Assembly (NCBI RefSeq): GCF_001186125.1
Contig: NW_014040414.1
Span: forward strand, 11,996 to 59,270
Source: Sphaeroforma arctica JP610
Taxonomy: Eukaryota
Reading direction: 5' to 3'
Length of the DNA stretch: 47,275 nucleotides
Position 1 is the first letter of the stretch; each line of letters begins with the position of its first letter. The notes beneath the pieces are model-generated. The model did no database searches and was not told the origin of the DNA. It saw only the letters and a program-made list of their open reading frames with translations. Shown one piece after another: positions 11,827-26,100 of the stretch. A program made the position numbers and the translations under genes.

Positions 11827-12724
11827 AACCAACGCAACAACAAATCCTCTTTTTTTTTAATAATAATATGAAGTCTCCCACCGGTCCCTGTGTCCCTGTC
11901 CTCTCTCTCTGAGAGCAGTACCAGGCCAGTGGCCTTAGAGAGAGACTCTCCAGAGGAGTCCAGGGCGGTCCAGGCCGCAGGGCCCATACCCGGTACCCCT
12001 CAGAGGACCCGGAGCCCCAGACTCAGGTCTCAGAGGTTCTCGTGAGTCGTGAGTCGTGAGTCTTTTGTTGGCTTCTTACAATGCTAGAGTTGTTTTTTTT
12101 TAATTTTGCCAGTTTTTCTCTCTCTCTCTACTCTAAATATAGTAGTAGAGTCTCTCTGGGGGATTGGCCCCTGGGCCCCTGGGGGCTGGGGCGGACAATC
12201 GTGAGACGTGAAGTACAGCAAAAATATTTTTACATGTTACCCCCCTGTGTGAAACTGTGTATATTGTTTTTTGTTTAGAAAATATGTTTTAAAAAACACA
12301 ATAAATATGGAGTAGAGCGTGTGAGAGTCTCAGAGAGAGCAACTAAATACATATGTAAATAGAGAGTGTTTATTTTTCCGAAGGTAGAAATACGATTGCT
12401 GGCTATTTTTAGAGACTCATATCAGAATTCAGAAGATCTATAAGAAGGGAAGAAGCGCGGTAGTGTAAATACATATTTACACATATATTTATAAATAAAT
12501 AGTCTAAAAATAAAAATCAACAATGTTTTTGTAAATACAATTTATAAATAATATAGTGACAATCAATAATGACCACGGGGTTTTCCAACATGACTTATTT
12601 TCAAATCACTATTAAAAAAAATACCCATAAATGTACCTATTGCTGTAGGTGTTCACACTTGTTGTCTGATCGGCATTGATTTATTGATTGTTGTCTCTGC
12701 CAATACTTTGATATCAGTTTGAAT

Positions 12725-15700
12725 ATGGTTAAAACTAAAGCCCCGTATGGGTCCTGGACATCCCCGGTCACTAGTAAGTTGGTTACCGAGAGTGGGGTCA
12801 GTCTCGGTGATTTACAATTGGACTTAAATAGCAGTCACAGTACAAGTACAGGACCCGAGTTGGCCTATTGGGTAGAGAGACGCACCGACGGACGGTCTAC
12901 TATATGCAGCAGGTCAGTTCTGTTTCAATTTCGGTTTGTTTGATGTATTTTTACATGGACATAAATGCCAGGATTTTGGCGAATACATATATGCCTTGTG
13001 CTGTACATACATAAGCCCTATAGTGTTAGTTGTGTTGTAGGATCAGTACAACTCTCGATGTTCAAACAATGAATTTATTTGTCCTAAGTGATTTGTAGAG
13101 CTTAAATTTAATTGGCATGAGGTTCATTATGATTGCTTGTAATGTACTCGAATAGTGAACTGGTACAGAGAGATGTTTGTCCCTGTGAATCAAATAACAC
13201 GTGCTAGAAATGAAAATAATTACATCTCTAAATTCGTTGTGTATATATAATCGTCTGGTGTCAGGAACTGTGTCTTCTCTCGCACTTCTAAGACAATCAG
13301 TGTCAATTGTCACGTAGGACACGTTGCTGCTTGCTGAAGGTGATAATCTGACAATTTAATAGAGGCGAGATTGCAGTTACCATGACAAGCCAAGTACATG
13401 ACTTATGTGCTATAGACTCTCAATGTTTACTTTAGTGATAGCTGTGTACTCTTGGGTTCGTAGTTTGACTGAATGTCTTGACTCATGTGTAAGTATTCTT
13501 TGCAAAAAATATGAGCTTTAGGTACAGCATTATCCGCTGAACGCGTTTGTATGATCACGAAAGTGTTCACAGGCGACTACGCAGTGCCGTCACTTTAAGT
13601 CTGTTCACGGATGAAATACATAGCGAATCCATTCTCATTAATCATTAATGGCGAGTGGATACATGCAATCTTGAGTGAATCCCCAAGGTGTGAATACTTT
13701 TTCACGGCATTTCGACAGTTTCTTTTTTAAGTTGTAGTGCCGATGTACTGCTGCTAAGTGGCCTAGTGCCACACCTGCAACATCGGAAATTGATTATAGA
13801 TTCTCGACATTATATTTTCGTCTCGAATCACCGCTTTGACAAAACTTCTAAAGGACACTCACACGCTCTCTCTATAACATCAAGCAAATAAGTATCTTGC
13901 ACTTCACAGACGTTTTATTCTCAAACTAGTCTTATCGTGTCTCAATTGCAGTGCTGGAGGGCAGGAAGTAACGGATTGGACAATTCCGGCACACAGCGTT
14001 GCCTCCAAGGTGCACGAGTACGGCGGTGGCGCCTTCTTAGTCTACAATGGGACCGTATACTATGTAAACAAGGATGACCAGTACATGTACATGCAGTCTG
14101 CCCCTCTCGAGGAGCCTGTACTTCTGGGATCCCATGGAAGATACGCAGACGGTAGTGTCGATCTCAAACGGGGGAATGTGTTCTGTGTGCACGAGGACCA
14201 TGCTGCCGGCGAAGGAGAAGGTCCGGCAAAATTCACCAACAATCCCATCACATCGATTGTCAGTCTGGATGTGAAGTCTAAAACTCAGAAGATTGCTGTG
14301 ACTGGTGCAGACTTCTATGGATCGCCGAGAGTGTCCCCGGATGGGAAGCAACTGGCGTGGGTGCAGTGGAACCACCCAAATATGCCGGTATGTGAGTAGA
14401 AGAAAAATATGTGCATGTTTGTGTGGTGTTACGATAATGAGCAAAGTATAATCCGGATGCATGTGTGTGCTCAGAATGTATTAGATATAAAAGTTGTCCC
14501 AATTCCATCCCCATCTATAGGTTTAATTTAATTCCAAAACGTATACATTTTTAGTGAATGAATCTCTTGCTACTTCGAATAGGACGTCGGGAAGACAGCG
14601 AGGTATCGATCGCGTAAACGGATTCATATAGTGATACACATGATTCTGTGAAACGATTTGCTGGTACAAGTCCAATGCACAACGGACAATTTCGAGCTCT
14701 GCAAAAAACTATATCGATTTGATTGCGGCGCATAAACGCAGTTTGAAGTGCTCTAGCATTCACTTCCTTGATATTATCAATCAAGGCTAACAAATATGTA
14801 TTGTCTTCGACCATGCTCTGTAGTGGACGAGCACTGAGCTGTGGACCGGCAACCTGTCCTCCGATGGTTTGACGGTTCAGCAAGGCTCTCAGAACCGAGT
14901 GGCCGGTGGCAACGGTGTCAGCGTGCTGGGTCCCCAATGGGCGAACGATGGTGAGTTTATTAACCTAATTCTCAAGCATCTTTTTTATCTATCTACTTTA
15001 TATCTCTCACGATGAGTTGGACGATTTAATTAGCCTCGTCAGTTTCAGTCCAAATTAGGTGAGACCACTAAAATATCAAATATCTTTCGCTTAATCGTTC
15101 AAAATCTCGCCGATGGAAAGATGCAAGATGCAAGTTCATCACTCACTATGTGTCTAACACGAAGTCCTGATTTATACGTCATTGTTTTATCAGGGTCGCT
15201 ATTCTGGTTGAGTGACGAAAGCGGTTACTATCATCTGTACTACGGCGACCAGTGGAGTGGGTTGGAAGGGGACGGCGATACCAATGTAATCACAGAGTTG
15301 ATGACTACGGATTGCGCCAGGGCGGCGTGGCAATTTGGTCACGATCACTTTGCTATATCCACTAATAACAAGTATGTAGATAGCTCTGATGCTTGAAATC
15401 AGCATCAGTTTTGCATTTTATGAGTTTGTGTTATGGGGTGCGGGTAGTGATAGTTAACGATGTGCACAGGCTATTAGTGAGTGCTGCCTCGCATATCAAT
15501 ATCTTTTGTATTTGATATGAAGTTTGCTTGATTATTCGGCTATTCTGGGCTGTTTCGGTCTGTTCTTATTGCATGTAAGTTCACCCATAATGGTGTTATT
15601 GTGATTTCGTACTCACGATGCAGGAAGCGCTCGTACATATCGAGTAGATGGAGCTGTGATGGTGATTCCTTTCCTGTTTTTCTGGATATGCCAAAACCCT

Positions 15701-18700
15701 ACAGAGCAACAGTACAGCACTCGATATCAAGTTTGCGCAAGTCTTTATTACTGCGCGTAGCCTTATCGACCATTTGTCTAGATATACGTCTATTCGACGT
15801 ACATGCTGGCCATGTAATGTGCATTGCAGATGTTCACAACCATTCAAAATCAATTTTTCATGTACATATCTTGACAGATACATTGTACTGGCTACGAATG
15901 ATCCCGCGAAAGGGGATAGTCTCATGTTCCTGAAGCGAGGTGATTTGGGAACGCAACCACAGATCATTAAGAGCCCATGGACTACGATCTACGGCATGAA
16001 ACTCTCGCCGTCTGCAAAGTTATACCTACACGCCGGCCACCAGTCTCATCCAGAGTCGCTAGTCATGCTAGATTTAGTGGGTATGTAGGGTTTGATTACT
16101 ATTTATGGGTTATTTCCCGTAGGTGTATATTCAATTGCTAATTGCGAATCTATTTATAGACCTTGGTTGCTGCTCGTGCTCTTTTTGCAGCAGGCCTGTA
16201 CCGGCCGAACGTTTGAGAAACAGGACTCGCGAATGAAGTTTCTAAGTTCCACATATTCTTCAGCGCTATCGCTAGCATTTTTAATATCTTGAACAGAGCT
16301 CTTCGAACGTATCTTTCTATCCTTATCGAACAATTTTGAATATATTGCCACATACGAACCCCGATTTTGATATTAGGGGCAAATATTTACCTCGGTACAT
16401 CTCTCCAAGTATCGAACATTATGCTGACGTTCACATCCCGTGCGATGCAGCGGGTGGCTTCACATCGGCAAAGGCCACTGCTACGCCATCATCGATGAAG
16501 GCTGTCACAGAATCACCGCAGAAGAGCTATGGAAGTCGCTTATTCGGATTCTACGAAAGTAAGACCGTATTCTATCGTAGCTCATGTTCCTGCCGGCTAT
16601 TTTAACTTGGGAATCGATCTTGAGGGTTATGGTCGGTATCGTACGGCCAGTAAACGACGCACCATACACGTGTATTCTGATCCGCAGTCCCACTCCATTC
16701 ACAGGGAAAGTGAATCAGTTACTAGACACTGTCGATTCCTATACGGAAGGTGGTGTACAAGATGCCATACAGGCTGTGGCTCAGGGGACTGATGTGCTGG
16801 TGGATACCTGGTATGTTTCGCATGGGCCGGTTCTAGTATCGTAGCACTGCCATTCATGTTGCGTCTTACGTTTGATCAGCATTTTATATATATTCACGTC
16901 TTCAACATCGACTGATCCTGTCCGTTTCTGATTCGCTTTTCTTTTCTCATCAGAGTGTTGTCTCCCCGTGTACAACTTATGATTTAGTTATCAAATCCCA
17001 TTCACTCAAAAGGGGCAGGCTATTGCGAAATTAAGACGAACATCACCGTAAAATACGCTTTAGTTGTTGAATGTATGAATCTGCAGTCAAAATTACAATT
17101 AAGTTTGCCTCTCTACCCTCGAACCTGTTGATCATCCTTGGTATGTAAACCTCATAGGTTTTCTTTTTAGCAAATTTGATGTTTGTGACTCACATCGAAT
17201 GTGTTTTGGTCGTGTTTATCACTTAACCTTCCTTGTAGGTATGGCGACACTTCAAAGGTACTTCGAAAATCATTAGATATCAAGATCGGAGATGGGTACG
17301 TCTGCAGAGCGAGGCATTTTACTTTCCACGCGCATGGACGCGAAGCATACGCATATTACTATGCTCCAACAAATGAGGTATACGCAGTGATGGTTTCGAC
17401 CTCATGTGTTTCTGATATACATGTTTCCAAAGTCATGGATATATCGGAATTGACATCTAGGTGTCAATTCGGGTGAAAACCCATCTGCTCCCCGACTCTT
17501 GCGTATGGTACTGATGAAATTTGTGTGGTGAGTGCATGTCGGAATGCAATACATCTGGGACAAATTATTTTCTCGAATATTCACTGCTGTCACTCCAAAT
17601 TTATCATCCTTTCTAATATCTCGATTGCAGGACTTCGAGCCAATGGATGGTGAGCTGCCGCCCTTGCTGGTTAAGTGCCACGGTGGACCCACTCAACAGA
17701 CAAACTCAGTTATCGATCCCAATATTTTGTACTGGACATCAAGGGGTGTGGCTATTGTCGATGTAAATTATAGGTAAGTGTTTATGTGGATTTGTGACGG
17801 ATCTGATCATGGCGCTGAACTACTTGCAGATGCGTGCCGCAAGCTCAAACAATTCAAAAGAAATGTCACTTGATTATCTGCATAGCATACTGAACCGCGC
17901 GAAAATTTTCATCTTATTAGCCTACATCGAATACACCAATTGGGGTATATTACTTATTGAAAAATCGCTCGTCAATTTGAATTGGCTTACAATTCATGTA
18001 TCGAGAGACACCGTACGTGCTTCATACTTTTTTTTTTTGGAATTCGCCCAGCGGAAGTACGGGGTATGGTAAGAAATACAGAGACCGACTGGCAAAGACC
18101 TGGGGAATAGCCGAGGTAGATGATGTTTGTGCGGCTGCAGAGTACTTAGTTAGTAAAGGACGGGCAGATCCTAACAGACTAATGATCGACGGACGAAGTG
18201 CAGGTAACATATCAAACGTTTCATACTGTGTATATAGTGGACAAATACTATCTTTTCCTGGTATTTGATCGCTCCATCTGTTGGCTCGGCGGTGTACTCG
18301 GCCATTTTGCCGTATCACGGCCATTTCTCTGAAATTGACCCCATCTTGCAGCTTCGAGCTCTTAGAAGATATTCCTGTGCTGCTTGAATGGTAACCACAT
18401 CCTGTACGTACTCACTGGTTTGTCTCGTCCCTACTATGTGCAGGCGGTTACACCACGCTTGCGTGCTTAACATTTAAAGACACTTTCAAGGCCGGCTGCA
18501 GTAAATACGGAGTGTCAGACCTTTCCGTTCTTGCAAAGGAAACACACAAGTTCGAGAGCCGGTATCTTGAGTAAGTTTTCCGAGATCATTCTTTTTCCAA
18601 TGCCTACTTCATAATAGACGTCCTAAAAACAAATGAGTTTATTTTCCAATGAGATACAGTACCTGTTCTTCCCTCTGGCGTCTGTGACTTATTAAATTTC

Positions 18701-19712
18701 TAGCACTCAGCTACCCCTCCGTGCCGTTCATATGTTGCTAATATAAACTCACCGGACACCATCATCCCGCAGTTATTTAATTGGGCCCCTCCCGGAGGCG
18801 CAGAAGGAATACTATGAGCGATCACCATGTAACAGCGTCGACAAGCTGAACTGTCCGATGATTATCCTACAGGGAACGGCAGACAAAGTGGTGCCTGTGA
18901 GCCAAGCGACTATAATGTACGAGGCGGTCAAGGCCAAAGGGATGCCTGTTAGTTTGGTGATGTTCGAGGGAGAGGGGCATGGATTTATTAAACAGGAGAA
19001 CGTCGAGGTGTGTGGGTTGTTGGAGTGTATTGAAATGAGATATTGGCTAGTTTAAGGAGGTTTATACAGAGAGAATTTGGGACTCGGGACTACACGAATT
19101 GGCCTCATAGCCATATATTACTGAACTCGTTCTATTTTTATAACCTAAATCCCTCAAAGCTATATCGAGACCGTTCATTTTCATTTGGGCCACAATCGCA
19201 AAATAGCCAATCGCGCTTCAACTTAATAATCCTAGCGGTGTAGAATTTAGCGTCTACTTCAAAAGTCACAACGCAAATCGTTCTGGTTACATTCTTCCTC
19301 TCTTATACAGTTGGCTTTGGATGGCGAGTTCTATTTCTACTCTCAGATTTTCGACTGGTCCTTGCCAAAAGGTATGTTAACGCATCCGTGCAAGTGCTGC
19401 CTCAAGTACACGCGTGTGTGAAAAAGTTTGAACGTGTAAAGACGCGTCATCTATAGTTCTCAGCCCACACGTTGACTGTGAATATGAGTGAATTCGGTCT
19501 CCACTCTTGTTTATATTCATTCACTTTACCTGTTCCTTTTAGTTGGCCAAGGGCTCTAAACTCCTATATACTTGCTTCCGCGTCTGTGGTACCTAAAGCA
19601 TTACATATCGAAGTCACTCATTTTGTATCGATGCTCTCATTCACCTAACGTTGCAGACTTCCCCACGAATGTTGCCGACAAAGTGATAATTGAACAAGAA
19701 GTCGTCGTATGA
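12725..19712 (+). CDS. S9 (prolyl oligopeptidase-like / dipeptidyl aminopeptidase-acylaminoacyl peptidase) serine peptidase, about 752 aa; exons 12725-12912, 13952-14387, 14824-14950, 15194-15371, 15878-16080, 16451-16558, 16705-16810, 17239-17377, 17631-17773, 18052-18203, 18444-18570, 18773-19007, 19311-19371, 19657-19712
   Basis: Family motifs present: [58 protein letters not shown], nucleophile [24 protein letters not shown] (Asp) and EGEGHGF (His). All 13 introns are GT..AG and in phase (2259 nt). Confidence 0.92.
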
Positions 19713-20149
19713 GGTTTGTTGCCGGATCAAATAGCTGGTCCAGCAGTGTAGTCGGATTGCAACAGGACAATACCTTCGTGTGGATGTACATGGGCGTTAT
19801 TATCTTAGGTAGAGCTTATACTGATCTGGCAGTCTAGAATAAAGGCGTCAAACCTCTCCATGGACGAACGCATGTGCAATCCTAAACATATCTAGATCGA
19901 TGCGGATAGAGCTGGACTCTAGTCCCATTAAAGACAGCAATCAAAAATTTGCGTGATTCAGACCATAAATGGCAACATGCTTTATGCAAGGTGCTGTTTA
20001 GTTTTATTGCTAGTAGCTTATATCCAAATTAATTAACAGGTCGCGGTTGTATAGTGATCTCACTCATCACTTCTTTGAACTCGAAAGGCGACAGAAAGGC
20101 CCAAACCCGCGCAGCACATGTTTCGTCATGAGCACGTTCAACTGAAATT

Positions 20150-23100
20150 CTACTGCGCATCACCATTCAAGAACTCGTCCAGCATGACCTGGGCTGCCTC
20201 GGGTTGATCCAAGGGAACCTGCATGGGAAGAGGTCTGTAGTGAGCGCATGCTACATAGCAGGAAGAATCTATTCTAGACAGATTGTATCATTGATTGACC
20301 TCAAGTGCTCTCGGAATTATCCGATACGGTAGTCTTTCGCCATGAACTGATCAGGAATGCATCCGTAGAGCGAGTGTTACTCTATGAATGATAAACAGGA
20401 AACTTCGGACATGCAGACTGATTTTTTTCCTAATAAAATGCAAACACAAATAGTAGCATACCATGTGGCCGGCGTCAGCAATGGTCTTGAACATAAAGTT
20501 CCTGTACTTGCGGACTGTACCAGACACTTTTCCGTTCACTTTCCAGTCTTTGACCTGTACAATGTGCGTGATGATATCGTTTGATAAGCCATCGAATAAG
20601 TTGAACTAGCCGATACTGAATGCCCTCGTGAGTCGAGGATAGCCGCAAACACAAGAACATGTCTAGTGCTGTAATCAAAAGAGATGAATATAGTTAAGAG
20701 AAATTATATTCAAACAGGTATGTCGGCAGCACGAACCTCAGCCGCATTGAAGCCATCGTGACCAGACCATGGGAGCGCCAAGGTCCATTCTCGGTTGCCC
20801 ATCCAGTTGCAGATGTAATCCGCTTCGCCTGTTGAGGTTATTAGAAAGTGAATAAAATCAGTAACTTTACATAGCCTTATGTACGAAATTTTAGTAAAGA
20901 GCAAAGATATACACTTTTCAACCACCATCGAGCAAAGCAGAAGATTTCGTACCGCTGTAGCAAACCGAAAGAATGAAATAAGCGAAGCAGAAAGAGCAAG
21001 ACTATCTATAGCTACTAGCATATCCGACGCTGAGCAATACTGTATTCCGCTCATTATACAATTCACAAGGAGTGTCCCTAGATTAAGCGACATAAATACA
21101 TGCAGAAGTAAACCAAGCGCGAATCCAAAATGATATTTCTTTCACACATCAAGTCGATGGGAACATACCAGCATAGATCAAGACATCAAGATCATCTTCC
21201 AGAAGCATTGTAACGTTCGGCGAGAGATCACGCATGAAATCAGTCTGCAACAAAACAGAAGGTAGTGAATTTCAAGCGCGAATTGCCGCAAAGAGCTGCC
21301 CCACGTTACTTCTAATATATAAGTCGCATTTCTGAGTGACAAATATCACTCAATCTGATATCTTGAATCAAACCCATGCAATGAACTACAATGTAACTCT
21401 AAGGAAACTTCGATTTTGAAACGCAAATCGATTACCGATTGAAACGCATACGATGGATGCAATTCACCAGCATACAATGATACTGCCTATGACTTCGTTA
21501 AAAAACGCATTCAAAAACAACATGATTACATACGATGAAATGCAGATTCACCAGCATATTGCAACTCTGCCATTCCTCGTCACCCTGCACGTGCAACGTC
21601 TTTCTGGTGTTGGCATCGTTAAGGAAGTCCGACACAGGCGCGAAGTCATAGCAGAGCGGGGGATGCTCTGTAAGATACAAACATAGGACAGTTGAACACT
21701 ATATAACAAGGATACGCAGAGAGTTTTATGACGCCGAGCAAAAAGCGAAGCCACAACACCCACCAAGTACAGTGGAATAAAGTCTCTGTAATAATTACGA
21801 CAACATAGTGCTTGATTGAAACTGTGATTGCTTGCGGTGTGAGGGCAAGACCATCTTGGTCAATCTTGTTGGACGATCTGACGTGAAATCGTGTGTATTC
21901 GAATGGAGTTCCTTCGAGTGCAAAGCCCCGTGTAAAATGAATTCACACATACCACATTGTTCGCGCACGTCGTATTGATTGAGACCTGTCGAGAAGTGAC
22001 AAGAAAGAGCAAAAGATGAGCCATTCAACAGTAAATCAAATGTGCAGAAAATTAGAACTTACTTTCACAAGCAGGCGGTACAAATGCGGAGTTTTACCCG
22101 ACCACCGTGAACATATGGTCGATAACAAAAAGAAGTTGATAACATAATAGTTTAACTACCTCGAATGGGATACAAACTTACCAGTCAAATCCTGGCAGGA
22201 CAGACTATACTTATGTCAACGGAAACTTGGGAATCAAAATAAAGAATTGAACTGATGTGACGCTAAAATTTCTTCGGTGGGCCATAAAAATGACTACAAC
22301 TCACATATATCAATACATTAACTCAAACATATTGTGATTTAACTATACCTTGCAACTTGAGAGGAACCATGAAAGCCATGTTGCAGAACTCCATCGCAGC
22401 CGGACAGGCGAGCTTAGAACCAGCCTATGATAAAACAACATGGGTTGCGACACAATCAGTGTGAGTAATCACACACAATACCACAACGACACATCCAACA
22501 TTGATGTCCAGTATTGCATACTTCGATAGCACAAGTTGAGCTCAAGCTTTCACAAACGGCTTCCTGGAGTCGACAATTCGCTCAATTGTACTCTCGAAAT
22601 GAATACACAGGACTTGTACCTCCGAATCCCCTGCTTTTAATAAATGAGAGTAGCATGCTCAAGCAAAGCTCAACGGAATTATATCAATAAATAGAACTTA
22701 CGCTGCACTTGTTGATCAGATTCACGCAGCCGTCGACGGCACCTTCCATCGCGTAGTAGCCCATCTTGCCAACCACCTATACGTTGGGAAGTACGAATCA
22801 AATGATATGAGAGCTGGTGAAATATATTACTGACCTGGTGTAACAAGTGAGTAGAGTCAATACGTGCACAAAAAATGCGCACCATAAAGGATAGTATTCA
22901 AAAGTGTGCAAGTAGCCATAGCTGGTCCACGACTGCTGGAAATAGATCTCCCACAGGTATTGTCGTTTGAGCCAAAACTGAGCGAGGTAGCTACTCGGTG
23001 CCTACGGACAATAAACCACACACCGGATAGATAAACAAAAGTATACGGCACCTACGTATGAGATGGCGCGAGCAAATAATATACCGCACTACGGACACAG

Positions 23101-26100
23101 ACTTACTGGGTGATACTTGTTCTTCAGCGCGTACTCGGGGTACTGGGCGTACTGAATAGCAGGGTTAGTCAAACCGTTTCCAATACCAACACCTCTTAGA
23201 TTGATCTTGACGTCGCCGTCCTTCTTGGCCTTGTTATTCACCTGAATACGGGCAGCCATGGCGGGGACATAGTGACCACCGTAACTAGTTTGAAAATGGG
23301 AAACCGTGCAGATGTATTGTGAGAAGTACATTTTGAAAAATGCGGAAGCATTAATAAAGGGTTCTCGCCTTAATACTTCCCCCTACAGTCGATATCGCAT
23401 TGCGGCCAAATAGTTTTACAAAAAACCCCGAATACAAATCACAGACATCTGAAATGTAAACTACAACACTAGCCGATGTCCACTGATGTCAGCAAGAGGT
23501 GTATATATGAGATTACCTATCAACCTAACAAGTACCTTTCACCGAAGAGATAGAATTTGTTCTTCTGAAGATGCGGGTTGGCTTTGAAGAACGCCTCTGT
23601 CGAATACGCATATGTAATTGAGAGAAAGATGAGAATAAGATGTGGTTGGTTGGGACGTGTGAGACATGACATTCAAACCTCGATTGTGCAGCAATATCGT
23701 ACACTTGCAAGCGACCACATTACACTAACACAGTGAACTGATGGTCTCACAGGTTGCTGAAAATGAATATCACGAGAAAATATCGTTCAACGTACCCAAG
23801 AAGCGATACATTTGCGGGGCTGTGTCCCATTCGCCAGTGTCAGTTAGGCTACCAGTGGAGAAGCCTACGCCAGCAGGCTGATCGATATAGATGATGCTGG
23901 CTTGCTGTAAAGGTCAAAGATACGATACACGATAATTACCGACATTGCAAACTGGCACAATGGTAAAACAATCTCGGAATCATTCGGAAGATGTATCTCC
24001 CGACTGGATTTGAAAGGGGGAGATAGGTTTTTCTGTTTCTGTTTGACATCTGATACTCGGACATTGGATACCAAAGGCTCCTGAAAATTAACTTATACCT
24101 TGTTCCATCCGTAGGGATTGGGGTACGTCTTAAGATGATCGTCATCTCGCAGATGGCAAGGTCCATTCTCCTTCAAAAGAGCGAGCTATTCGAAGGTCAA
24201 AACGTTGAATAGGATTGTAAGAATAAAATTGTCAATACAGTGATCTACAATTTATTCTCAATGAAAACCCCCGACAAACTAACTCCCAGTTGCGCAATCA
24301 CCTTTACAAGTACTCGTGGACCAATAGCTTAATATTCATGTTTGAATGTACGTTCGTTTTTATGTGCATGTCTACAAAAATCTCTGCTAGCTTAATATTC
24401 ATGTTTGTATGTATGTTCGTATTTATGTGCTTGTCTACAAAAATCTCTGCTAGCTTAATATTCATGTTTGTATGTATGTTCGTATTTATGTGCATGTCTA
24501 TAAACATCTCTTCTAGCTTAACATTCATATTTGTATTTATGTTCGTATTTACGTTTGTATGCATATTCGTATTGATGTGAATGTCTACAAAAATCTCTGC
24601 TGCTCACATCGTCCGACTGAGCGCAATTGGTTTGACTACTTCAGCATCAGCATCGATATAGTTCTGTACACCTATACGTATGTAACCTACGCATGCAAAA
24701 GGATTAGTCTAGTCACGTCCATGAGAAGACAAAAGCAAGAATGTACGAAGTCATAAGTTTTTTGTAATTACCTGACTGGAACATCCGGGTCCGCCTGTCA
24801 GCCTTGAACAGTGAAAAGAGACAAAATAGACCATAAATCCAACGTCAGTAGTGGCAGACATAGTACCATATCGCATGTCTAACTTGGAGACTTTAAACCC
24901 CTTCGGCACGATTGGATATAGGATCATTTGCTTCATGATGATTGATGAGTTTTTTATAGTTGGTTGTAAAAGTAAACGATTAACTTATAGTTGGTTATGA
25001 TAATTGTGGAACACTCGATGAAAAGGTTTGCGTGAACTATAACACAGAAACATACCAGAGGATTAGTGGATCGTTGTCCGGATCATTTCGAGACTCAAAG
25101 GCCCTGCAAAAAAGGAAAGCATCAGTATGAGTCCTGCATCATGATACATCCACTCGGCACAGAGCAGTGAACGATAAATATACATGTATACTCAATTCTA
25201 GGTCGACACCCAACAGAATCCGTCGCTCTGTTATTTTACTTCAACGTTCATAGTGCTACACAGAGGTCGAAACAAAGTGACGTACTTGAACCTAGACACA
25301 ACTCGTGAAACCCAACCCGAGGCTCAGTAAGTTGTGTACTACTACATGCCAGCATCGACCCTTCGGAGTCATTCTGATACGAAGCGGCTCACATATTGTA
25401 CGCTAACCGTGTTTACAAAATAACAGTCTGTAACATTGATCGATAATTGAAATTTTAAATTTGGTTTATAGCATACCAGTAGAAGTACTTCATGTCACCA
25501 CCAGCGCCGAAGTACTGCGAGCAATGGGTATCAATAGCAATGGGTGTCAGCTTATATCTAAAAGATCAGTTCGAATGTTTGTCGGTGTCATAGTATATAT
25601 GAGTCTATAATTGTTGCATACCAGACCGTAGTTATATCAGTAATCATGGTAGTCATATGCACCTGCACGCGCACGCAAAATCGAGTTAAATAAATGCGTC
25701 CGTAGATTACTGCAGTTATGAGTATTTGCAGCGAATATTTAACACAATACAAGCAAATTACACAAGACAAGCAAACTACATACTCCAGCCACGGAATGCA
25801 CATCATCGCAGAAGCCCTTTGGGACGTCACCGCCCTTTGATTCGTTGCCAGCATTCAAGTCATTCTCATCAGCCTCGATGCTGATTGCCTGATAACAGAT
25901 GATGCAAAAGGTAATATATCGGAAGTCGAAAACTTAGATAAATCCCACTCCGTTGTTTTACGTCTAAAAGAGTGTGCCATGTACGTGTCAGGTTATCGTT
26001 GTGCATCTCCTAGCAGTAACCTTAAAGGAAATTGCAAGTGTACGCTCAAAAATCTTTCGCCGGTCTACAGGTATTTAGCAATTGGAATTTGACCAGAATA

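Noticed and set aside
16150..16844. Nested independent gene inside an S9 peptidase intron
   Set aside because: The coding-looking parts are better explained as two in-phase exons of the peptidase itself.
22181..22205. Possible extra micro-exon in the carboxypeptidase (strong gtaagt donor on the minus strand)
   Set aside because: The candidate lengths (10 or 23 nt) break the frame, and the flanking exons already join in phase.
24290..24602. Regularly spaced repeats resembling a CRISPR array or a repeat-protein ORF
   Set aside because: The 63-bp units are contiguous with no unique spacers, they lie in a eukaryotic intron, and no cas genes are present.
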